DNA of 15,596 nucleotides from an uncultured archaeon (GTDB taxonomy: Archaea; Aenigmatarchaeota; Aenigmatarchaeia; GW2011-AR5). Position 1 is the stretch's first letter. Each line of letters opens with the position of its first letter. Shown here in pieces: positions 6,539 to 13,031 of this stretch. The DNA lies in the NCBI GenBank assembly GCA_964373695.1, contig CAYJVT010000018.1, positions 1-15,596 of the forward strand. The letters are read 5' to 3'. The notes under the pieces were generated by a model. It did no database searches, had not been told where the DNA came from, and was given only the letters and a program-made list of their open reading frames with translations. The translations under genes and the position numbers were made by a program.

Positions 6539-7530
6539 CGCTTTCTTTTCCTGGATTTCGATTTCTTATACCGGCGCTTTGGCTTGAGCCTGGCTCGCTT
6601 TGTCGGCTTGGCCATTTTCCTGTATTTTTCCATGAGTTCGCCGCGCTCTTTTATTCTCCTGAGTTTTATAATTCCTTTCTCATAGCCTTTGTGCTTGACC
6701 CTGGTATGGCCGCCCAAGTCCCTGAACACAGACCTGTCAGGAAATATGTTGAACTTGTTGATCCAATCTCTTACAGTGCTTTCGCCGACTTGGTGTATTT
6801 CCATGATGTCTTTTATCGTCAGCGAATCCGACAACTGCTTTTGCACTTTCTCGCGCTCCCTCTGGATCTTTGCAGATTCGCGGTTGCTTGAGAGGAACCT
6901 GTTCTTGCGTTTCTCATAGTCCATCCAGAACCTATTCTTGTTGGGTATGCGCTTCCAGAAACCTACAAAGTCTGCATCGGGATATTGAAAGTTGTTTGAT
7001 TCTGAATCATACCTTATCTTTTGCAGGGCACCGCTCCTGTCGCCGTACGCCCTGAACATGCCGCGCCGCTCGACCTTGAAAATCGCATTGACCCTGGTCT
7101 CGCCTATGCCCCTGAGCCATTTCTCCAAGAGCCCCAATGACGGCGCGCACAAAACTATAAAGTGATTCTTCTGCCTGATCTGCGCGAACTTGAGGACCAT
7201 CTTCTTTTGCTGCGTGCTCATGGCGCCCCTCGAATAGAATATTTCTTCGCCTTCGTCAAAGTCCAGCGCGCTCTTTGGCTTGAGCTTTCTCTCCATCATC
7301 CTGTAATCCATGGCCGTAAACATTATTTTCTCTGTTGAAAATTGCTCGTCAACATAGCTGCAGCACAACTGCGCGAGCTGGCTTTTCCCGTCTCCGACCT
7401 TGCCCACGATCAGAATCATATAGTCGTAATTCTTATTTAGCCTGTGCAGGATGACCGCATCCAGATTTCTTTTTGTTGTCTCATCAAGCCTTGACTTGAA
7501 ATCTGCGCGGATCTCGTTTGTTGTTCTCAT
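6535..7530 (-). CDS. P-loop ATPase (Zot/pI/spindle-virus morphogenesis type) fused to HTH_17/MerR-like domain and basic tail
   Basis: Walker A GKVGDGKS (aa 43-50), Walker B ALDFDE (88-93), Arg-finger-like FAQIRQK; LTIKDIMEIHQVGESTVRDWINK...RDLGGHTRV (237-278); K/R tail. Confidence 0.9.
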   Translation of the reverse strand: MRTTNEIRADFKSRLDETTKRNLDAVILHRLNKNYDYMILIVGKVGDGKSQLAQLCCSYVDEQFSTEKIMFTAMDYRMMERKLKPKSALDFDEGEEIFYSRGAMSTQQKKMVLKFAQIRQKNHFIVLCAPSLGLLEKWLRGIGETRVNAIFKVERRGMFRAYGDRSGALQKIRYDSESNNFQYPDADFVGFWKRIPNKNRFWMDYEKRKNRFLSSNRESAKIQREREKVQKQLSDSLTIKDIMEIHQVGESTVRDWINKFNIFPDRSVFRDLGGHTRVKHKGYEKGIIKLRRIKERGELMEKYRKMAKPTKRARLKPKRRYKKSKSRKRKR

Positions 7531-7536
7531 CGCATA

Positions 7537-7713
7537 TCACTTGAGCAGCTGATGCTTCTGAAAGAGCTTGTTGCAAGTAACGCACCTAACCATTCCTTCA
7601 TGGTCCCCGTAGAATATTGGCGGCCCTATAGAGATCTGCACAAAGGTCCTGTTCTTAATCAATAATTTTCTCTTGATGAGCCCCTGTTCGGCAACCACAT
7701 TATGCTTGCACAT
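7537..7713 (-). CDS. 58-aa putative Zn-binding protein, CxH...CxxC (not in ORF track)
   Basis: MCKHNVVAEQGLIKRKLLIKNRTFVQISIGPPIFYGDHEGMVRCVTCNKLFQKHQLLK exactly fills the gap between flanking minus-strand genes. Confidence 0.75.
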   Translation of the reverse strand: MCKHNVVAEQGLIKRKLLIKNRTFVQISIGPPIFYGDHEGMVRCVTCNKLFQKHQLLK

Positions 7714-7714
7714 A

Positions 7715-8161
7715 TCAAGCCAACTGCCTACCTTCAGGAAATACAGACAGCCTTTCGATGCTGTAGATGCCCAGCCTTTTCAGGACGCCTGTCAGAACTT
7801 TGTAGCTTTGATAGAGATAAGAAAGCTTTAGCAGCTTTGCAGTTTCAGCAGGTATCATTGCGTCCAAGTCCGCCAATGATTTCTCTTCTTTGTCGTTGAG
7901 CTTCTCTCTGATGCTCATGTAAAACTTTATGGTGACTGACTGGATCATAACCTCGGCTCCTGCCTTGTCTGCCGTATAGCCTGGTCTTCGCGTGTTGCGC
8001 GAGTCTGTTATGGCCCGATAAATTGACCATGCGTTTTCCAGTTGATTTTGCTGTTCAAGCCAGCGCTGCTTTAGCAGCAGGGGCTCCGAGTATGCTAGTT
8101 TTTGCACAGCTTCCGGATCCATATCATTCTCAATGACTCTAGTTCTCTTCCCTGCCATCAT
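7715..8161 (-). CDS. 148-aa helical hypothetical protein (start revised to MMAGKR)
   Basis: Track start 8179 is TTG; ATG at 8161/8158 lies ~20-25 nt downstream of TATA-like TTTAAG (8181-8186); first gene of the ATPase unit. Confidence 0.85.
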   Translation of the reverse strand: MMAGKRTRVIENDMDPEAVQKLAYSEPLLLKQRWLEQQNQLENAWSIYRAITDSRNTRRPGYTADKAGAEVMIQSVTIKFYMSIREKLNDKEEKSLADLDAMIPAETAKLLKLSYLYQSYKVLTGVLKRLGIYSIERLSVFPEGRQLA

Positions 8162-8272
8162 AGATAAATAGCTGTCCAAACTTAAATGCTCCGAGGGTGC
8201 CGCCCCTTCCGAGCCTTTTGCACCACTTACCTAGTTTGGGGATATTTATACTATAAGAACCTAATGATTGTT
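8162..8272. promoter_or_regulatory. Divergent archaeal promoters
   Basis: TTTAAG on minus at 8181-8186 and TTTATA on plus at 8245-8250, each ~20-25 nt before an ATG. Confidence 0.6.
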
Positions 8273-8815
8273 ATGCCGGATGAAAATTACCGAGATTACA
8301 ATCAGCAACAGCCGTTGATCGGATCTTACATGTCGCCTGGTCTTCATCCAAGCACAACCGCATTGGAGCTCACCAATACAGATATTATACAGGACTTTAT
8401 GCACGCGCTGAAAGGCGAGAGATGGGATGAGGTTAACAGCAAGTATGAACAAATAGGTGAGGAGCTTGTCAACAAGACAGGCCGCGCCAAGTTGATGACT
8501 GTAATGCTGGCGGTTACAAACAGAAATATAATTCTTTCAGATCTTGACGAGGACGATATCGATTTGCAATCCAATGCAATAGGCCAGGCGATGATAACAT
8601 GGTTGGAAAACAATTATGAGGAATGGGGCATCGACGAGTCTGGGCTTGAAACTATATACCAGATTATTGATGTCAATATCTACGCCGCGCTGAGACGCAG
8701 CCTTGGCGGCCAGACACTCGCGCAGATAGCGCAGATGACAAAAAGAATCGAGGGGCGAGAGGGCGTCAAGCAGGACAAGCCTAGTTTCTTGGACCGGCTA
8801 AATCCTTTCAAGTGA
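8273..8815 (+). CDS. 180-aa soluble acidic helical hypothetical protein (start revised to MPDENY)
   Basis: TTTATA at 8245-8250 favours a leaderless start at 8273 (8264 also possible); 4-nt gap to next gene. Confidence 0.85.
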   Translation: MPDENYRDYNQQQPLIGSYMSPGLHPSTTALELTNTDIIQDFMHALKGERWDEVNSKYEQIGEELVNKTGRAKLMTVMLAVTNRNIILSDLDEDDIDLQSNAIGQAMITWLENNYEEWGIDESGLETIYQIIDVNIYAALRRSLGGQTLAQIAQMTKRIEGREGVKQDKPSFLDRLNPFK

Positions 8816-8819
8816 TGTT

Positions 8820-9434
8820 ATGGGAATTATAAAATTACTTGACATGGCATTAGGACGCTACAAATACAGGGTGCAGATATTCAAGCCCAGGGGCGGCGGC
8901 AAGTTCCAGGTCATAGCATTTGACAAGGCCATGAAAATAGACAAGCTCGGCACAGTCAAATACCGGATGTACAAACACGACAAGGTTGTTGCCGCATCAA
9001 AGCCTATACAGACGTCTGTCGATGAGAACGGACGAGATCTGCTTATTCTGACCCAATTGAGCGATGACACTTTTGCGCCTGTGACTTTTAAGCTGGACCA
9101 GGAATCCAAAGGAATACTTGAGAGTGACGGCGCCGAGTCTGCCAAGTTCTGGTCAAGCCAAGAGAGACGCAGAACTCAAGAGAGGTATGGCAAGCAGTCG
9201 GCCCTTGAAAGATACGGCCCCATTATCGGACTGATGTTCATTGCAATTATTCTCGCATTTGTCGCCGTCTATGGATTCAATACATGGAACAAGCTTGCTG
9301 ATGCGAATCTGCAAATAACCAGCGAATATGCAAAGATCACTCTGCAGCTTGGAGAGATCATCGCAAGGCAGGGTGGCGCAGTACAATCAGCGCAGCCAGT
9401 CCTAGGAACGCCCGCCGGACCTATTGGCCAGTAG
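8820..9434 (+). CDS. 204-aa single-pass membrane protein, unknown function
   Basis: Basic beta-rich N-terminal region, TM PIIGLMFIAIILAFVAVYGF, amphipathic tail. Confidence 0.85.
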   Translation: MGIIKLLDMALGRYKYRVQIFKPRGGGKFQVIAFDKAMKIDKLGTVKYRMYKHDKVVAASKPIQTSVDENGRDLLILTQLSDDTFAPVTFKLDQESKGILESDGAESAKFWSSQERRRTQERYGKQSALERYGPIIGLMFIAIILAFVAVYGFNTWNKLADANLQITSEYAKITLQLGEIIARQGGAVQSAQPVLGTPAGPIGQ

Positions 9435-9560
9435 CTTGATTGCATAGATGACGACCAATCCTATCACGCCAAGACCAATCCATTCTTTATTCTGCTGGGC
9501 TATGCCGCCTATGATTGCAACTGCAAAGAAAAGGAACGCGACAATGAATTTCAGACCCAT
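9402..9560 (-). CDS. 52-aa two-TM microprotein (not in ORF track)
   Basis: MGLKFIVAFLFFAVAIIGGIAQQNKEWIGLGVIGLVVIYAIKLLANRSGGRS; starts 4 nt after the upstream stop; overlaps the convergent gene by 33 nt. Confidence 0.7.
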   Translation of the reverse strand: MGLKFIVAFLFFAVAIIGGIAQQNKEWIGLGVIGLVVIYAIKLLANRSGGRS

Positions 9561-9564
9561 CCCA

Positions 9565-9753
9565 TCACTTGCCGGATTTCATACCGCAAGACGGACAGGA
9601 TGGCACATGCCAGCTATTACCGCATCGTTTCTTTCTTTGGGTCCTGGACATTTCTTTCTTTATGCGCATAATCTCCGGCCATAGAACATACACGCCTAAC
9701 ATCAGCACGAGGATGTAAACAATCCAATCTGGCAGACCGGGAATAAAATGCAT
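9565..9753 (-). CDS. 62-aa membrane-anchored protein with Zn-ribbon-like C-terminus
   Basis: TM WIVYILVLMLGVYVLW, basic linker, RCGNSWHVPSCPSCG; GGGG purine tract upstream. Confidence 0.75.
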   Translation of the reverse strand: MHFIPGLPDWIVYILVLMLGVYVLWPEIMRIKKEMSRTQRKKRCGNSWHVPSCPSCGMKSGK

Positions 9754-9764
9754 TTTCTAAACCC

Positions 9765-9905
9765 CTAAGCTTTCAATTTCCCTAAGCTTTTGTGTCCCCG
9801 TTTCTTCATAGTCATATTTCTCTGAATGTGACCGCCTATGGCGGAATTGCTTGCAAAGCTCCTTCCGCACTTGCAGCCATACCTGTTTGCCTGGATTCTT
9901 CTCAT
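9765..9905 (-). CDS. 46-aa C2H2-like zinc-finger protein (not in ORF track)
   Basis: MRRIQANRYGCKCGRSFASNSAIGGHIQRNMTMKKRGHKSLGKLKA; GGTGA SD at 9910-9914. Confidence 0.75.
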   Translation of the reverse strand: MRRIQANRYGCKCGRSFASNSAIGGHIQRNMTMKKRGHKSLGKLKA

Positions 9906-9924
9906 CTAATCACCTAATCATATT

Positions 9925-9975
9925 TGGGCTAGCCCACATATAAAACTATCACGTTTTGTGGTATTTATATTCTTT
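9925..9975 (-). promoter_or_regulatory. Promoter of Zn-finger operon with 12-bp palindrome TGGGCTAGCCCA
   Basis: Minus strand GAAAGAA-TATAAATA (TATA 9962-9969, purine-rich BRE), second TTTTATAT (9939-9946), palindrome 9925-9936. Confidence 0.55.
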
Positions 9976-10012
9976 CAAATTAAGCCTGGCCAATCAAGGG
10001 GATGCCAGCCAA

Positions 10013-10207
10013 TCAACTAACATTTTTAGTAGTATGTTTCGAATAGCCTTCCCATGTTTCGAGGGTTGCTACGATTTTCTTGATATGCCTTGAATCTATG
10101 CTGTCTAATTCGGATTTGTTCTTTGTAAGGATGTCTGCGATCAGCGCCAAGCCTTCTTTGAACAGCTTGATTTTATTCTCTCTGCTTAGCGTCTGCGGGG
10201 ATGTCAT
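10013..10207 (-). CDS. 64-aa soluble helical hypothetical protein
   Basis: ATGA overlap with upstream gene; GGAGA SD; last gene of the Rep-candidate operon. Confidence 0.75.
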   Translation of the reverse strand: MTSPQTLSRENKIKLFKEGLALIADILTKNKSELDSIDSRHIKKIVATLETWEGYSKHTTKNVS

Positions 10208-10398
10208 ACCTGTCTCCAGCGCTTTTTTTCTTGTTTAACCACAAAGCTCTTCAATTCCCTGATCTTTTCAGCCAGCTTCAAATCAATATTCTTTTCCATT
10301 TTGTCTATAATGTACTTCTGGGAGATATACTGGCCTATTACAACCCCAAAGCCAGTAAACAATCCAGTAAGTATTATTGTTATTGGATCAATCGTCAT
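10204..10398 (-). CDS. 64-aa single-TM protein with charged coiled-coil tail (start MTIDPI; 10416 is an alternative)
   Basis: GGGAG SD before ATG 10398; TM ITIILTGLFTGFGVVIG. Confidence 0.75.
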   Translation of the reverse strand: MTIDPITIILTGLFTGFGVVIGQYISQKYIIDKMEKNIDLKLAEKIRELKSFVVKQEKKRWRQV

Positions 10399-10434
10399 TA
10401 CTCCCAACCTTTGCATCGCTGGATTTATTCTGCT

Positions 10435-10653
10435 TCATTGCTTCGCCTTCTTTCTTTTCTTCGGCTTTATAAATTTGTCCAAGGTCTCTTGTGTCATTGG
10501 GTCCACCGGGTTATGCTTCTGCTTTTTCCTTCTAGTTAACCTTTCTTCCAGAATCTTATTAACCTTTCGCAGGACGGTCCAAGTGACCAGGATGGAGACT
10601 ATCTCTGCAATAATCAGCAGGGACATGAACCAGAACAGAATTTCTATAGCCAT
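10435..10653 (-). CDS. 72-aa single-TM protein with basic tail (start revised to MAIEIL)
   Basis: TGATG overlap with upstream stop; N-terminal TM; KPKKRKKAKQ tail. Confidence 0.75.
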   Translation of the reverse strand: MAIEILFWFMSLLIIAEIVSILVTWTVLRKVNKILEERLTRRKKQKHNPVDPMTQETLDKFIKPKKRKKAKQ

Positions 10654-10796
10654 CAGAACGCCGGTCTCCTGCTTTTGTACCAAACCATGAAAATAAACGC
10701 GGCCACAATTCCTAGGATATATACTGCGTTCTCTCCCTGCAAAGCGTTCCACGGCACTGCATTTTTCAGGTAATCCAGGATAGTCACGCTAATCAT
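10653..10796 (-). CDS. 47-aa single-TM microprotein (start revised to MISVTI)
   Basis: GGGAGA upstream; overlaps upstream gene end; TM AVYILGIVAAFIFMVWY followed by KSRR. Confidence 0.7.
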   Translation of the reverse strand: MISVTILDYLKNAVPWNALQGENAVYILGIVAAFIFMVWYKSRRPAF

Positions 10797-10983
10797 TCTC
10801 CCTTGTGTAAAGCCTGTGCAGCCAAAGGATGGACAATATCGCAAAGATTATCAACAGGCCGCCAGTCCATAGCTGCGCTGCCGGGGCCCAGCTTTTGATG
10901 GCAACCATTATAAAGTCCAGATTGATGTTGCTGGTTGGAATGTCCTTGATAAAGTCAAGACCGCCAGGATCCAGGATAGCCAT
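10789..10983 (-). CDS. 64-aa protein with C-terminal TM
   Basis: TM LWTGGLLIIFAILSILWL; starts 3 nt after the upstream stop. Confidence 0.75.
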   Translation of the reverse strand: MAILDPGGLDFIKDIPTSNINLDFIMVAIKSWAPAAQLWTGGLLIIFAILSILWLHRLYTREND

Positions 10984-10986
10984 GCG

Positions 10987-11181
10987 TTAACGACCTTCAA
11001 CAATCAAGGTTTTATTTAAAAGCTCGGTGACTGTCAGATTGATTTCACCGTCTGTTATTATCCTGTCTGAAAGCAGGGCCTTGTATGCAGCCGCCATCTC
11101 ATGGTATTCCAGATAGGTCATCAACAGCAAGACGCATGTAAATACTATGCCTGACATGATCAGCCAAAGGGGCCAGTTCAT
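10987..11181 (-). CDS. 64-aa protein with N-terminal TM (start revised to MNWPLW)
   Basis: ATGA overlap with the 458-aa gene stop; AGGTGG SD; TM WPLWLIMSGIVFTCVLLLMTY. Confidence 0.75.
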   Translation of the reverse strand: MNWPLWLIMSGIVFTCVLLLMTYLEYHEMAAAYKALLSDRIITDGEINLTVTELLNKTLIVEGR

Positions 11182-12554
11182 TGCAGCCACCTATAGATGC
11201 TATCGTCGTATGCGGGCCTTTCTGGCCGCTTTTCTGTTCTTGCAGCTGCCGCGCCTACAGGGGTTATGTGGCCTTTCGCAGTGTCAAAGATAATTTTGCC
11301 GGTGTTTTTCAGATAGACCAGAGCATGGCGGATGGTCTTGGGTGTCATGCGCCTGAACCTTTTCTGGACGTGAGTGTAAAGAGTTGATACATAGACTGGG
11401 CCATTCATCTTTCTGTGCAAATCAACGATCATATCCAAGACATCGTCATTGTCGGCCGCTGATGCCGGCCTGGACACTGGCCGCTGCACCGGCTGCTGAA
11501 CAAATGGCTGGACTTGCTTTGGCGGCTCTATCGGGGGTGCAGGCTGCGTTCCACGCAATGTCTGGCGCATTTCTGCCACGCCAGATGTGAGATCTTCTGT
11601 CGCCTTTTTCAATCCCTGGATGGCCGACATGTGCAGGCTCATCTGTTGCGTATAGTCTTGCAGCACCTTCATTGATCCGCCAAGTATCCTGGTGTTTTCC
11701 GCCTGCATGTCAAATAAATCATCTATACGCTCCGGCATCATAATCAGCTTTTCCGCATATCTCAGATCGTTTGTTTCCATTTCCACTACTCCATGACTGC
11801 GGTCTATCCATGCCTTTGCTGCTATAGGGCTATCTTCCCTGGTTCTCATTGGACCGAGTATTGATTCAGCCTGCCTTCCAAGGGACATAGTTACCTTTGT
11901 TTTTGGATCTACTTTGTCGTCATATTCAGGCGCATCATTCCCTATCTCCTGGCTGATTACTTCTTCATCACCGACTTCAATATTGTGGTTCTGCAACCAG
12001 AGACGCCCATAGATCAGGATCTTTGCCGTAAACTGCGCCAATGCTGTAAAGAATGTTCTGTCCCTTGGCAGGTGCTTCTGATGCACGTGAAATATTATGC
12101 TCTTTGTAGTTCGTTCGATTCTGATCTCGTGCGGCCATTCAAGGCTTACGTATTTCCTAAACCATCTGTTAAATCCGTCCGGCTTGATGCTGTCCCATTG
12201 CACTGTGTCCGGTCTTTCCGGATGCAGCAAGGGAAACTTGATCTGAAAATGCTCCACTCTGGATAAAGTTCTTGCTGCACTCAGACGTAGTGATGCTCGG
12301 TTGACTTCTTCACGTCCGTGCAAAGTCGGGATCCATATCTTCGGGTATTTCTGATCGGACTGAATAACCCATCCGGCCCTTTCCATTGCCTTTAACGCCT
12401 TGGATACGCTTTGTTTCGATATGCCGTCTCTTGCCAGGATGTTATTGATTTCAGCCTGGGTCAGCTTTTCCAGCACCAAAACAAACACTTTCCTACGTAA
12501 AGTCAACCTTCTGATGTCCACTGAGTTGACTTTGTTTATTTCTTCGATCGGCAT
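11178..12554 (-). CDS. 458-aa multidomain DNA-binding protein, candidate replication initiator: wHTH - unknown core - coiled coil - Pro/Gln linker - wHTH
   Basis: N-terminal wHTH (LTQAEINNIL...ISKQSVSKALKAMERAGWV); C-terminal wHTH aa 369-433; only large soluble non-ATPase ORF. CDS is secure, Rep role is inference. Confidence 0.8.
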   Translation of the reverse strand: MPIEEINKVNSVDIRRLTLRRKVFVLVLEKLTQAEINNILARDGISKQSVSKALKAMERAGWVIQSDQKYPKIWIPTLHGREEVNRASLRLSAARTLSRVEHFQIKFPLLHPERPDTVQWDSIKPDGFNRWFRKYVSLEWPHEIRIERTTKSIIFHVHQKHLPRDRTFFTALAQFTAKILIYGRLWLQNHNIEVGDEEVISQEIGNDAPEYDDKVDPKTKVTMSLGRQAESILGPMRTREDSPIAAKAWIDRSHGVVEMETNDLRYAEKLIMMPERIDDLFDMQAENTRILGGSMKVLQDYTQQMSLHMSAIQGLKKATEDLTSGVAEMRQTLRGTQPAPPIEPPKQVQPFVQQPVQRPVSRPASAADNDDVLDMIVDLHRKMNGPVYVSTLYTHVQKRFRRMTPKTIRHALVYLKNTGKIIFDTAKGHITPVGAAAARTEKRPERPAYDDSIYRWLQ

Positions 12555-12663
12555 TTAAAACACACTCTTTCTTTTCGAAATGTTATGTTAGTTGTGCTCG
12601 TTACTTTGTGGCACGACCTGCAACCGAATAAAAGTCTTTTCTTCACAGCTTTAGTTAGATTTC

Positions 12664-12679
12664 AAAGTATATATACTTT
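12664..12679. promoter_or_regulatory. 16-bp perfect palindrome AAAGTATATATACTTT, candidate bidirectional TATA box
   Basis: Self-complementary; between divergent genes; TATA core ~23 nt before ATG 12699. Confidence 0.65.
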
Positions 12680-12698
12680 ATAGGTTATAATTAGTTCT

Positions 12699-13031
12699 AT
12701 GTGGCTAAAGGACATGTTCAGAAAGGATCTGCCTTTGCTGTTCATGCTGACACTATGGATAGTGTCGCCAGGGATTGCGGCGCTGGAGACGTGGATGTGG
12801 TATAACGTGCCTGTTTTCAACACTATAGCATCGCCTGAGATCCATGTGGAACCTGGCTGGCTCCAGACTTTCTATGTGTTTCTGATCCAGAATTCTTTCG
12901 AACTCTTTCTATATTCCACCGGCTTGCTGTGGGCGAGATTCTACTATAGGCCGTCATCGCCTTCGGCGCCTTGGCATAATAAGAGGTCTGACACCAAGTC
13001 CCGACAGACGCCCCGTGGGCGCTCTCCTTAA
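12699..13031 (+). CDS. 110-aa two-TM membrane protein
   Basis: Two aromatic-rich hydrophobic segments; TATA at leaderless spacing; tail overlaps the convergent 746-aa gene by 78 nt. Confidence 0.75.
   Translation: MWLKDMFRKDLPLLFMLTLWIVSPGIAALETWMWYNVPVFNTIASPEIHVEPGWLQTFYVFLIQNSFELFLYSTGLLWARFYYRPSSPSAPWHNKRSDTKSRQTPRGRSP

Noticed and set aside
6538-6624. NLS-like basic tails (also 10435-10470 and the RRRRR end of the 746-aa protein) suggesting a eukaryotic host
   Set aside because: Operons, SD motifs and coupled overlaps are prokaryotic; basic tails are more simply nucleic-acid binding
1043-7530. Pleolipovirus or inovirus interpretation (spike, small membrane proteins, ATPase)
   Set aside because: Tandem two-helix capsid paralogues, LamG adhesin and archaeal signals fit spindle-shaped viruses better; not fully excluded without structure searches
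11748-12088. Firm call of an HUH rolling-circle Rep from HVH and YAEK
   Set aside because: HVH is followed by polar residues rather than the usual hydrophobic strand, motif I is not evident and spacing is long; kept only as a hypothesis
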